Source: Pseudomonadota bacterium
GTDB lineage: Bacteria; Pseudomonadota; Alphaproteobacteria; Sphingomonadales; SMXR01
Reading direction: 5' to 3'
DNA: 64,000 nt
Assembly (NCBI GenBank): GCA_022566895.1
Contig: JADFIA010000001.1
Coordinates: 631 to 64,630, forward strand
Part shown: one piece after another, positions 38,913 through 48,297 of the stretch
How positions within the stretch are numbered: position 1 is the stretch's first letter
Layout: each line of letters starts with the position of its first letter
Program-made: the position numbers and the translations under genes
The notes under the pieces: generated by a model
What the model was told of the DNA's origin: nothing
Seen by the model: only the letters and a program-made list of their open reading frames with translations
The model's database searches: none

Positions 38913-39766
38913 AAAATCTTGATGCCGTTATCGAGGAGTTGATGGGCACGCCGCCTAGCCGCATAAGGCCCGAATTTACGAGCGACTGGGCCCATGTGGT
39001 GCGGGTCGAAATGCCCGACGGATCGGTCCTTGCGGCCAAATATCCAAAGGCCGGGGCCCCTTCGACGACCAAACTGGAAGCACGAATGCTTGAGTATCTC
39101 GGCTCCAAGACCGAGTTGCCAGTACCCGAACTGATGGCCGCGACGCCGGAAATTCTCTTGATGAGTTTTATCGAAGGGCGGGGCGGCCTCGATGAGGCGG
39201 CACAAAAAGACGCCGCGGTGCATATCGCCAAGCTGCACGAACTTTCATCTGAGTCCTTCGGTTTTCCGTTCGATACCCTTTATGGTCCGGCCGATCAGCC
39301 CAATCCCCGGACGACTTCCTGGGTCGAATTTTTCAGGGATCAGAGGCTCTTGCAGATGGCCCGGGTGACGGCTGCGGCTGGCCGGATCAGCGGCCGGATG
39401 CTGGGGCGGATCGAGGCATTTGCCGGCAAACTGGACGATCTTATCAGCGAACCAGTGGCGCCGTCGCTTTTGCACGGAGATCTGTGGCAGGGCAATGTCA
39501 TTGTGAATGAGGGCCGGGTCGCAGCCTTTCTCGACCCGGCGATCTATTTTGGTCATGCCGAAATGGACCTCGCCTTTTCAACCTTGTTCGGGACCATGAC
39601 AGAGCCCTTTTTCGAGGTCTACAACTCGTACCGGACCATCGAGCCGGATTTTTTCGAAGTCCGAAAGGAGATCTATAATCTTTGGCCGCTTCTGGGGCAC
39701 GTTCTGTTTTTTGGTGAATCGTATCTTGGACAGGTAGAGGCAGTGCTACGCAGGCACGGCGTTTGA
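38909..39766 (+). CDS. Fructosamine kinase family protein
   Basis: W..FF..QRL, PSLLHGDLW.GN, DPA.YFGH.E.DLA...LFG, YNLWPLL.H. ATGA overlap with the phosphatase. Confidence 0.9.
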   Translation: MKNLDAVIEELMGTPPSRIRPEFTSDWAHVVRVEMPDGSVLAAKYPKAGAPSTTKLEARMLEYLGSKTELPVPELMAATPEILLMSFIEGRGGLDEAAQKDAAVHIAKLHELSSESFGFPFDTLYGPADQPNPRTTSWVEFFRDQRLLQMARVTAAAGRISGRMLGRIEAFAGKLDDLISEPVAPSLLHGDLWQGNVIVNEGRVAAFLDPAIYFGHAEMDLAFSTLFGTMTEPFFEVYNSYRTIEPDFFEVRKEIYNLWPLLGHVLFFGESYLGQVEAVLRRHGV

Positions 39767-40303
39767 CCTGCCGGGATAGCTTGAAACAACAACGTAATGA
39801 GATCCCTGATGACCGAGGTGGCTGCGGTACAACGTCATGGCGTTTGCTTCGAAGGCCGGGCTTTTGTAACCCGAATGATACTCAAGATACAATCCGACCC
39901 GCCTGGCCTTCCCCTTGAAGCGACCAAGCGTGACATGGGGCACGTATTTTCTTGGGTCGGCTTCTAGACCGCAGCCCTGCAAGACGCGACCAATCTTGGC
40001 GTGGAGATGTTGAAGTTGCTCGATGTTCTCTTGACGTACGCCGGTCCACAGCATCCGTGGGCGCCGGCGGTGACCGAAGATGTCGACGCCCTCAAGTCTG
40101 AGCGCGAAAGGCGCGAAGGGCACAGCGGAAAGCGCCAAGCCAACCTCTGCCGCTTGAGGCTCTGGAACCTCACCAATAAAATTGAGGGTTAAATGCAACT
40201 GATCTTCGCGCTGCCATTTCACCCCTTCAAGACCGGCCATGAGTCCCAAAAGCTCCTGTTTCACCGAGTGCGGCAGGGTCAGGCCGACGAACAGACGCAC
40301 CAT
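39746..40303 (-). CDS. thpR: RNA 2',3'-cyclic phosphodiesterase (2H family)
   Basis: RLFVG; two HxT motifs (HLTL, PHVTL). Confidence 0.9.
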   Translation of the reverse strand: MVRLFVGLTLPHSVKQELLGLMAGLEGVKWQREDQLHLTLNFIGEVPEPQAAEVGLALSAVPFAPFALRLEGVDIFGHRRRPRMLWTGVRQENIEQLQHLHAKIGRVLQGCGLEADPRKYVPHVTLGRFKGKARRVGLYLEYHSGYKSPAFEANAMTLYRSHLGHQGSHYVVVSSYPGRSNAVPA

Positions 40304-40320
40304 GATTGTTGCCCCTCCGA

Positions 40321-40959
40321 CTATTCGCCGCCCAAAGCTTCGAGAACCAAGGGTCCGATATTCTCAATAATCACCCCAATACCCTTCTCGTTCGGATGAA
40401 TACCGTCGCTAAGATTTAACGCGGGTATCGCCGCCACTCCCTCAAGAAAAAAGGGATAGAAATAAACCCCATACTCCTTCGCGAGTTCAGGATACAAACC
40501 GTTAAATTCGGCCTCGTATTCGCGACCCATGTTGGGCGGTGCCCGCATACCCGCCAACAGCACCGGGATTTGCCGCTCTTTGAGAATTTCGATAATTCGG
40601 GCAAGGTTGGATCGTGTCAGCGAGGGCTCAAAGCCTCTCAAGGCGTCGTTACCGCCGAACTCAACGATCACCAGATCAGGACTACCGCCGGGGTGTTCGC
40701 TGATCGACCATTCTACGCGCGCCAGACCGCCAGAAGACGTATCACCGGAGACGGCCGCATTAACCACCTCAACAGAGGTTCCCTTGGCCGCTAACCAAAT
40801 TTCAAGCCGGGCCGGGAAGGCGGCGCCAGGCGGCAGATTATAACCGGCCGAGAGGCTGTCCCCCATGACCACAATGGTTCGGCTCGCAGGCTCCGTCCCG
40901 CCAGCCAAGGCTAAGCCGGTGGCCAGCCACAAAACGGCGATCCACAAATACTTCATCAT
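40321..40959 (-). CDS. tesA: Arylesterase/acyl-CoA thioesterase I (GDSL)
   Basis: GDSLSAGY, NAAVSGDTS, GGND.LRG, DGIHPN; divergent from ybbA. Confidence 0.9.
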   Translation of the reverse strand: MMKYLWIAVLWLATGLALAGGTEPASRTIVVMGDSLSAGYNLPPGAAFPARLEIWLAAKGTSVEVVNAAVSGDTSSGGLARVEWSISEHPGGSPDLVIVEFGGNDALRGFEPSLTRSNLARIIEILKERQIPVLLAGMRAPPNMGREYEAEFNGLYPELAKEYGVYFYPFFLEGVAAIPALNLSDGIHPNEKGIGVIIENIGPLVLEALGGE

Positions 40960-41151
40960 CCTGATCACGTCCAAGTCTTGCCTTCCGAATCCTCAAGAAT
41001 CAATTGCTATCTCGGTAATTGACCGCAAATCTGCCTCGGTTGGTCGTGTACGGTCTTCCTCTGATGGCAGCATCCTTGAATCCCCACCGGTTGGTGACAT
41101 ATTGTTCTGAGTGAACAAACAATCAATATTGCGGCAGCTGGATAAGTTATT

Positions 41152-41880
41152 ATGACCTCAAACTCCCCAATTATCGAACTGGAGGATCTCCATCTAACGC
41201 TCGAAAGCGCGGCCGGCCCGGTTCATATTTTGCGTGGCGTCAACCTGCGCATAGAACCTGGCGAAGCGGTCGGAATTGTTGGCCCCTCCGGATCAGGAAA
41301 ATCGACACTGATGGCGATTATGACCGGACTTGAGCAGGCCAGTTCTGGATCGGTGCGGATCGACGGGCTCGACTATTCTCAGGAGGACGAGGATGGGCTG
41401 GCCCGCCACCGGCGCCGACGGATCGGCATTCTTCTCCAGGCCTTTCACCTCATCCCGACCATGACGGCGCTTGAGAATGTAGCGGTGCCGCTTGAGTTTG
41501 CTGGCGATGCGGCGCCGTTTGACAGGGCGCAGGAAGAACTGGAGTCAGTGGGGCTCGATCATCGGGTCGAACATTATCCAGCCCAACTTTCAGGCGGTGA
41601 ACAACAGCGGGTGGCCCTGGCTCGTGCCCTGGCACCAAATCCAAAACTGCTGTTTGCCGACGAGCCGACCGGCAATTTGGATCAATCCACAGGCGCGCAG
41701 ATCATTGATCTCATGTTCGATTTGCACGCCCGCCGGCACACGACGCTGGTTCTGATCACCCACGATCCGGATCTAGCCTCGCGATGCGATCGGGTCCTGC
41801 ACATGGCTGACGGGCGCATATATAAAGCCAGCGGCGCTCTGGAACCGGCGGCCGCCGATCGGACGGAGGCGGCCTTGTGA
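41152..41880 (+). CDS. ybbA: ABC transporter ATP-binding protein (YbbA)
   Basis: [32 protein letters not shown]; tesA-ybbA-ybbP context. Confidence 0.88.
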   Translation: MTSNSPIIELEDLHLTLESAAGPVHILRGVNLRIEPGEAVGIVGPSGSGKSTLMAIMTGLEQASSGSVRIDGLDYSQEDEDGLARHRRRRIGILLQAFHLIPTMTALENVAVPLEFAGDAAPFDRAQEELESVGLDHRVEHYPAQLSGGEQQRVALARALAPNPKLLFADEPTGNLDQSTGAQIIDLMFDLHARRHTTLVLITHDPDLASRCDRVLHMADGRIYKASGALEPAAADRTEAAL

Positions 41881-44420
41881 GTGCTAGCCGGGCCTTTTCC
41901 AACTTGCCGGTTAGTCTGCGCATTGCGCTGCGAGAGCTTCGGGGCGGCCTCAGTGGATTTCGGATTTTTCTGGCCTGCTTGATCTTGGGGGTTGCGGCGA
42001 TCGCCGGCGTTGGCTCGCTGACCAAGGCCATCAATACGGGGCTCGAGGAAGAGGGTCGAATTCTCCTCGGTGGTGACGTTGGGGTGCGGATTCTGCGGCG
42101 CGCCGCGACCGCTGAAGAGCTGGCGTTTTTCGAGCAATCAGGCGAGGTCTCGCAGAGCGTGCGCCTTCGCGCCATGGGGCGGGCTGAGAAATCCGGCGAG
42201 CGGACGCTGGTCGAGGTCAAGGCCGTGGACGGACTTTACCCCCTTTACGGCGGCCTCGAATTGGTCCCGGCCATCGGGCGCAGTGAGGCCTTCGCAAACA
42301 AGAACAGCAGATGGGGAGCAGCGATCCCGGCAAATCTGGCCGACCGGCTTGAAGCCAACATTGGAGACCAGCTGCGGGTTGGCGATGTGTCGTTTGAAGT
42401 GAGAAGCATTCTCGAACGTGAGCCCGACCGCTCGAACGAAGGCATACAATGGGGTCCGACGGTGATGATCGATCTCGCGGCCCTGCCCCAAACCCATCTG
42501 ATCCAGCCCGGAAGCATGGTCTTTTATCATTACAAGATACGTCTGGCGGGAGGGGCGGATATCGACAATTGGCTCAACGATCTAAATGAGGCCTTTCCGG
42601 AAGCCAACTGGCGGGTTCGTACCCGCAGGAACAGTGCGCCAGGTGTTCGCAACTTTGTTGACAGAATGGGTATGTTTCTGGCGCTGGTCGGTCTTTCGGC
42701 GCTGGTTGTTGGCGGGGTTGGGGTTGGCAATGCGGTGCGCGCCTATATGGACCAAAAGGTCGAGACCATCGCCACGTTTAAAATCCTCGGTGGGACTGGC
42801 GACATGATCTTCCGGATCTATTTATTGCAGGTCATGATCCTGGCCGTGGTTGGGGTGGTGGCGGGGCTCGGCGTTGGCGTGTTGGTGCCGCCTCTATTGG
42901 CCGGCTTCCTGTCCGAGCAAATCCCGGTGGCACCAAGATTTGAAGTGTTCCCGGAGCCCATCATCACAGCTGCCGTCTACGGATTTTTAATTACCCTCGC
43001 CTTTACCATCTGGCCGCTGGCCAAGGCGCGCGATCTGCCCGCTGCGCAATTGTTTCGGAGCCTCGTGGCGCCCGTAAGGAGGCTGCCCAGATGGCGCTAC
43101 ATTTTCATGGTCGCACTTTCTGGGCTGATCGTAGCCGGCCTTGCGGTGGGGCTATCCGATCTCAAACAATTGGCCATTGGGTTCGTGATCGGTGCAGCGT
43201 TAAGTTTCCTGATTCTGCGTCTTGCAGGATGGCTAATCCAGGCCGTCGCGCGCCGTCTGCCACGGCCAAAAAAAGCGATCTTGAGAATGGCGCTGGCCAA
43301 TCTTCACCGACCCGGGGCGGCGACCGGACCGGTGGTGCTGTCGATCGGCTTGGGCCTGACCCTGTTCGCATCCATCGCGCTTGTTGAAGGGAATCTTTCG
43401 CAGCGTATCCAGGACCAGATTCCAGATCAAGCCCCAGCCTTTTTTATGATCGATATTCAAAAAAACCAGGTCGACAGCTTCAGGGCTATTTCGGCTGGAC
43501 TTGAAGGACTGAATGAACTCCGGATCGTGCCATCGCTACGGGGCACAATCACCGAGATCGACGGTGTGCCGTCGGCGGAAGTAAAGGCGGCCCCCGAAGC
43601 GCGCTGGGTGATCAGCGGTGATCGCAATCTGACCTATAGCGAAACGATCCCACAAGGCAACAGCATCGTGGCCGGCGAATGGTGGCCCGCGGACTATTCG
43701 GGACCGCCCCTCGTATCCTTCTCGGCCGAGGAGGCGCGCGGGCTTGGAATCGAGGTCGGAGACTCGTTAAAGGTCAACATACTGGGCCGTGAGATCGAAG
43801 CCACGGTCGCCAATCTGCGAGAGTTGGAATGGGGTACGCTCAGTTTCAATTTTGTCGTCGTCTTTGCCCCGGGCACACTTGAAACCGCGCCCCACACCTA
43901 TATGGCTTCCATCAAGATCGCGCCGGAAGAAGAACAAGCCGCGCACCGCGCGTTGACCGACGCCTTTCCCAATGTGACGGCGATCCGCATGAAGGAAATT
44001 CTGGATACAGTCAACGACATCCTGTCGCAAATTGCCGTAGCGGTGCGGGCCACAGCGGCGGTCGCCATTCTGGCCGGAATTTTCGTCCTTGCAGGCGCCT
44101 TGGCGGCTGGCCACCGGCACCGCATCTATGACGCCGTGGTGATGAAGGTTTTGGGGGCCGAAAGACGTGATATTTTGAAGGCCTTTGTGTATGAATATGT
44201 CGGTCTGGGACTGATCACCGGTGTCGTTGCCCTAGGCCTTGGCTCATTTATCGGTCGTTTTGTGGTCACCAATGTGTTGGAGCTCAAGTTCGTCTTCTTG
44301 CCCTTGCCGATGATCTTAACGATTCTCTTGAGTATCGCGGTAACCGTCCTTTTCGGTCTATTGGGCACTTGGCAGGCGCTTGGCGCCAAGCCGAACCGCA
44401 TATTAAGGCTCCATGACTGA
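41877..44420 (+). CDS. ybbP: ABC transporter permease (YbbP, duplicated FtsX-like)
   Basis: RELRGG, LLGGD, VEVKAVD..YPLYG, P.FF.IDIQ, NF.VVF.PG. Confidence 0.88.
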   Translation: MSASRAFSNLPVSLRIALRELRGGLSGFRIFLACLILGVAAIAGVGSLTKAINTGLEEEGRILLGGDVGVRILRRAATAEELAFFEQSGEVSQSVRLRAMGRAEKSGERTLVEVKAVDGLYPLYGGLELVPAIGRSEAFANKNSRWGAAIPANLADRLEANIGDQLRVGDVSFEVRSILEREPDRSNEGIQWGPTVMIDLAALPQTHLIQPGSMVFYHYKIRLAGGADIDNWLNDLNEAFPEANWRVRTRRNSAPGVRNFVDRMGMFLALVGLSALVVGGVGVGNAVRAYMDQKVETIATFKILGGTGDMIFRIYLLQVMILAVVGVVAGLGVGVLVPPLLAGFLSEQIPVAPRFEVFPEPIITAAVYGFLITLAFTIWPLAKARDLPAAQLFRSLVAPVRRLPRWRYIFMVALSGLIVAGLAVGLSDLKQLAIGFVIGAALSFLILRLAGWLIQAVARRLPRPKKAILRMALANLHRPGAATGPVVLSIGLGLTLFASIALVEGNLSQRIQDQIPDQAPAFFMIDIQKNQVDSFRAISAGLEGLNELRIVPSLRGTITEIDGVPSAEVKAAPEARWVISGDRNLTYSETIPQGNSIVAGEWWPADYSGPPLVSFSAEEARGLGIEVGDSLKVNILGREIEATVANLRELEWGTLSFNFVVVFAPGTLETAPHTYMASIKIAPEEEQAAHRALTDAFPNVTAIRMKEILDTVNDILSQIAVAVRATAAVAILAGIFVLAGALAAGHRHRIYDAVVMKVLGAERRDILKAFVYEYVGLGLITGVVALGLGSFIGRFVVTNVLELKFVFLPLPMILTILLSIAVTVLFGLLGTWQALGAKPNRILRLHD

Positions 44421-44439
44421 TCAAATTCACCAGATTTAG

Positions 44440-44470
44440 GTTGAACCCAACCGAAATCTCGCCAATATCT
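44440..44470 (+). promoter_or_regulatory. Candidate RpoH (sigma32) promoter of yccA
   Basis: GTTGAA-N16-CCAATATCT, close to the alphaproteobacterial CTTGAA-N15/16-CCTATAT consensus. Confidence 0.55.
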
Positions 44471-44510
44471 GGTGCAGATATTTACGCAAATATTAAGGGA
44501 TTGCTTGAAA

Positions 44511-45266
44511 ATGGTTGAGAAACTGGAACCGCACGCCGCTAGACCTCTTGGAGAGACAGGAGTCGTTGCGCCCGTTGATGAGGGTCTTCGGACCTATATG
44601 CTGCGTGTCTATAACTATATGGCATCCGGTGTTTTATTGACCGGCATTATGGCCATGTTGACCTTTGAATCGCCGGCCGTCGCATCGCTGCTTTTTCAAA
44701 TCACCCCCGACGGCCAATACATTACCGGCTATACTGGGCTCGGTTGGGTGGTTGCCTTTTCACCGCTTATTTTTGTTTTCGCGATGTCGTTTGGTGCTCA
44801 TCGGATGCGGGCCAGCACATTGCAAGGTATGTTTTGGGCCTTTGCAGCGGTTATGGGCCTGTCACTGTCCTCAGTCCTGTTCATATACACCGGCGTCAGC
44901 GTCACGCGGATTTTCTTTATCACCGCCGCAGCCTTTGGCACACTGAGCCTTTGGGGTTATACGACCAAGAAGGATCTGTCGGGATGGGGATCCTTCCTGA
45001 TCATGGGCGTCTTCGGCATTTTGATTGCCATGGTCGTGAACTGGTTCCTGGCTTCGCCGGCCATCGATTACGGCATCTCGATCCTCGGCGTTCTGATCTT
45101 CGCAGGATTGACGGCCTACGACACCCAGAAGATCAAACGTATGTATTACGAGGGTGACAGCCACGAAATGGCTTCTAAAAAGGCGATCATGGGTGCTCTG
45201 AGGCTGTATCTTGATTTCATCAATATGTTCCTCTTTATGCTGCGCTTGTTCGGTGGCCGCCGCTAG
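44511..45266 (+). CDS. Bax inhibitor-1/YccA family membrane protein
   Basis: DEGLR.YML.VYNYM, GYTTKKDLS, TAYDTQKIK, GAL.LYLDFIN.F. Confidence 0.92.
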   Translation: MVEKLEPHAARPLGETGVVAPVDEGLRTYMLRVYNYMASGVLLTGIMAMLTFESPAVASLLFQITPDGQYITGYTGLGWVVAFSPLIFVFAMSFGAHRMRASTLQGMFWAFAAVMGLSLSSVLFIYTGVSVTRIFFITAAAFGTLSLWGYTTKKDLSGWGSFLIMGVFGILIAMVVNWFLASPAIDYGISILGVLIFAGLTAYDTQKIKRMYYEGDSHEMASKKAIMGALRLYLDFINMFLFMLRLFGGRR

Positions 45267-45286
45267 TACAGAAAAATATTCAGGCA

Positions 45287-45318
45287 TAAGGGCCCGGTCG
45301 GTAACGACCGGGCCTTTA
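45287..45318. terminator. Bidirectional terminator between convergent genes
   Basis: TAAG-GGCCCGGTCG-GTAA-CGACCGGGCC-TTTA. Confidence 0.75.
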
Positions 45319-45329
45319 ATTTCGGGTTT

Positions 45330-45686
45330 CTAGTTTACGACTTTAAGAAGCTTGGCCCTGAATGGCCGCAGGACCTGCGGCAGGCTATGCCCTCGCTTCA
45401 TGATCTGGCCGTCGCGGCCAAGGACCAAGAACGCCCCTTGCTGTCTGGCCCGGGTAGGCTCCTTGACGATACGGTAGACCGGCACTTCCGAGGCGCGGCG
45501 AAAAACCGCAAAGACGGCCCGGTCGGGCCGCATGGCGATCGCATAATCGCGCCACAGACCGGCCGCCACCATGAGGCCATAGATATTCAGAATTTCGGAC
45601 AGCTCAAAACGGTTGAAACAGACCTGCTCAGGCCAGCTTTTCCGGCGCTTTTGAGGAAATTCAACGATCGATCCTAACTTCGTCAT
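45330..45686 (-). CDS. DUF2794 family protein
   Basis: V.FNR.EL..IL..YG.MVAAG.WRDYAI, VFRRASE.P.YRI.K.P, KRGH.L..VL. Confidence 0.85.
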   Translation of the reverse strand: MTKLGSIVEFPQKRRKSWPEQVCFNRFELSEILNIYGLMVAAGLWRDYAIAMRPDRAVFAVFRRASEVPVYRIVKEPTRARQQGAFLVLGRDGQIMKRGHSLPQVLRPFRAKLLKVVN

Positions 45687-45849
45687 GGCGCTTCATACTG
45701 ACGTAACGAAAAAATCATGGCAAGTGCGAAGGTTTTTCGCCTTGGTTGGCGTATAGTGATTCAAAGGCCGGCGAGACAACAATTGAAGGCAAGAGTCCGT
45801 CGGGGTAATGGGATTGGATGGTGAGAGTTACTCTGGGGAGGTGGAAGAT

Positions 45850-46500
45850 ATGACTGTAATGATAAAACACAGAGCTGTTACGGCCTTGGCACTTCTGGCT
45901 ACGGTTAGCCTGGGTGGCCAGTCGGCCGTGGCCGCAGAAGCCACCGAGGCACGGGATCTGGATACCTTCACGCGCATCGTTATCAAAGGTGCGCTCGATA
46001 TTTCGATCGTTGCCGGCGAAAAGCAACAGTTGGTCGAGATAACAACTGAGAGCCGTTATCTGGCGCGGGTCGAGACCGAAGTTGATGGTGACACTCTGAT
46101 CATCTCCCAAAAGGGGAGAAGGTGGCGCGACCTCGATGTCGAGATCGAGATTTCAATGGTCGCATTGAACGGATTCGTGATCGACGGTGCCGCGGACGTC
46201 GAAATTAGCGGCGTTGATTCCGAAGAATTCGAGCTGATCGTCAACGGAGCCGGAGATATCGATATCGAGGGCGTTTGCGGCAGCGCGCACTTCGAAATCA
46301 ATGGCGCCGCGGATTTAGATGCCAGTGAGTTGAAGTGCAAGGCGGTTGAGGTCGAGATTAACGGTGCCGGTGACGCTGATGTATACGCTTCGGAATCGAT
46401 AGTCGCTTTCATAAATGGCGTCGGCGATATCGAGGTTTACGGCAACCCGAGTAGCGTCAGACCGCGCATTCGGGGCTTCGGCAGCTTCGAAATCAAGTAG
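45850..46500 (+). CDS. GIN-domain (DUF2807) beta-solenoid exported protein, paralog 1
   Basis: Signal peptide; repeated I.I.GA[GA]D units; Y.GNP C-terminus. Confidence 0.85.
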   Translation: MTVMIKHRAVTALALLATVSLGGQSAVAAEATEARDLDTFTRIVIKGALDISIVAGEKQQLVEITTESRYLARVETEVDGDTLIISQKGRRWRDLDVEIEISMVALNGFVIDGAADVEISGVDSEEFELIVNGAGDIDIEGVCGSAHFEINGAADLDASELKCKAVEVEINGAGDADVYASESIVAFINGVGDIEVYGNPSSVRPRIRGFGSFEIK

Positions 46501-46630
46501 CAGCACACTAAGAAGTTAGGGTCGGGGCCTTAGGCGGAGATCACATTCACCAAGGCCTCAATCTTTTTTGGCCAGACTTCCGGGGAAGTTTTGGTCAAGA
46601 CCTGCAGCCAAGAAAAGAGAGGAAATCGAC

Positions 46631-47284
46631 ATGAGATTATGGCGAGGAATTACACGAACCACGGTGGCCGTTGGATTTTTGATTGCCGGTGCGGCGATGG
46701 CTGCGGAGAGTACGCAGACGTTTGACGTCAAAGGCTTTACAGGGATTGAGGTGGACGGCCATGTGGGGCTCGATGTGAGCGTCGGCGAAAAATTTGCCGT
46801 CAAGGTCTCGGGACGCGAGGCCGACATGGAAAGGCTGCGGGTCGAAGTGCGCGATGGCGTTTTGCACATTTATAAGGAACGCCGCAAGCGCGGTTCACGG
46901 CGCCAAGGTTCGAGGGAACTTCATGCGACCATCGCTCTGCCGAAACTCAACAGCGTCGATATCGACGGGATGTCGGACGCCAAGATCAAAAATATCGATA
47001 GCGATAACTTTTCATTGTCCGTCGATGGTCACGGCGAACTGATCTTGTCCGGGAAATGCGGAACCTCGGTGATCGATATCGATGGTCACGCTGAAATCGA
47101 AGGTCGCGAATTTAGATGCAAGAACGTGAGTCTGAAAGTAAACGGTCATGGCGAAATCGAACTCTACGCCAGCGAGACCCTAGCGGTTGACATTAGCGGA
47201 CATGGCGACGTCGAAATTTACGGCAACCCCCGCATTTCAAAATTCCGCCAAAGCGGCATGGGGCAATTCGAAATCAAGGATTAA
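46631..47284 (+). CDS. GIN-domain (DUF2807) beta-solenoid exported protein, paralog 2
   Basis: Signal peptide; repeated V.[DN]GH[GA]E units; YGNP C-terminus; RBS GAGG. Confidence 0.85.
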   Translation: MRLWRGITRTTVAVGFLIAGAAMAAESTQTFDVKGFTGIEVDGHVGLDVSVGEKFAVKVSGREADMERLRVEVRDGVLHIYKERRKRGSRRQGSRELHATIALPKLNSVDIDGMSDAKIKNIDSDNFSLSVDGHGELILSGKCGTSVIDIDGHAEIEGREFRCKNVSLKVNGHGEIELYASETLAVDISGHGDVEIYGNPRISKFRQSGMGQFEIKD

Positions 47285-47328
47285 ACCCGATCAACTGAAT
47301 CGAAGTCGGGACCAGCACCTCGGGCGGA

Positions 47329-47991
47329 TCAAATCTTGACTGCGAGCGTCAGACCATCGCCGACCGGGATTATGGACACGAAGGCCCGCTCCTCAGCTGC
47401 CATTTGTATGTTGAACCGTCGGATGGCCTCGGTATCGTCGTTTTTGACCTCCGGATCGATAACGCTCCCGCCCCACAAGACATTATCGATCAGGACAAGG
47501 CCGCCGGGCCTGAGAAGACCCATCGCCGCATCAAAGTAGGCGGGCATGCCTGTCTTGTCGGCGTCGATAAACATCATATCCAATTGGCCCGCCAAATCGG
47601 TTTCGGCCAGCGCGCCGAGTGTTTCCTTGGCATCGCCAATCATGAGATCGACCTTATGGTCGACTCCCGCCTGTTGCCAGTATTTCTCGGCAATCGAGGT
47701 CCATTCCTCGCTGATGTCGAGGGCGAAGACCTTGCCGTCATCGGGCAGCGAGAGGGCCGCGGCCAGGGCGCTATATCCAGTGAAGGTGCCGACCTCCAGA
47801 TAGGTTCTGGCGCCGGTCGCCCGGATCAGGGTCTGCATGAAGCGGCCCTGAACCCAGCCGATCTGCATTACGCTGATCCCGCCAAGTGCTACGGTCTCCC
47901 GGCGCAATGCTTGGAGCAGCTCAGGTTCTTGAGGCTGATGGTCTTCCAGATAGTCGGCCAAAGCCCTGGTCAGATGAATATCGCGACCCAT
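47329..47991 (-). CDS. O-methyltransferase (caffeoyl-CoA/Methyltransf_3 type)
   Basis: LEVGTFTGYSAL, FIDADK, DNVLWGG, PVGDGLTL. Confidence 0.9.
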   Translation of the reverse strand: MGRDIHLTRALADYLEDHQPQEPELLQALRRETVALGGISVMQIGWVQGRFMQTLIRATGARTYLEVGTFTGYSALAAALSLPDDGKVFALDISEEWTSIAEKYWQQAGVDHKVDLMIGDAKETLGALAETDLAGQLDMMFIDADKTGMPAYFDAAMGLLRPGGLVLIDNVLWGGSVIDPEVKNDDTEAIRRFNIQMAAEERAFVSIIPVGDGLTLAVKI

Positions 47992-48096
47992 TACGCACCT
48001 CCATCCGGCAAATCTAGCCGCCCACGGTGAAAAGTCTATCCTTGTCACAGAATCGCCCAGATTCGGGCTCACTTGCGCCCTAAAGTTGACTGAAGG

Positions 48097-48186
48097 TTTG
48101 ATGGTTGGCCTCGTCAAGCCCAAGCGCCGGGGTGGGAAACTTACCCCCCTTTGATTGCCCCCCTCGATTCCCACCCCGGCGCTGGG
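48097..48186. ncRNA. Candidate small RNA: short hairpin plus a 16-bp perfect stem with a C-rich loop
   Basis: AGCGCCGGGGTGGGAA (48123-48138) pairs with TTCCCACCCCGGCGCT (48168-48183); the 29-nt loop holds two CCCCCCT motifs. Confidence 0.5.
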
Positions 48187-48297
48187 TGCTTCCTGAAAAG
48201 ACAAACTCTTGAATTCGCATTCGTCGGCCCAGAATCATCTGGCAAGGGCGCGACATTTGCGTCACTTTCTTTTTGAGCAAACAGGGTGATCTTCCAG

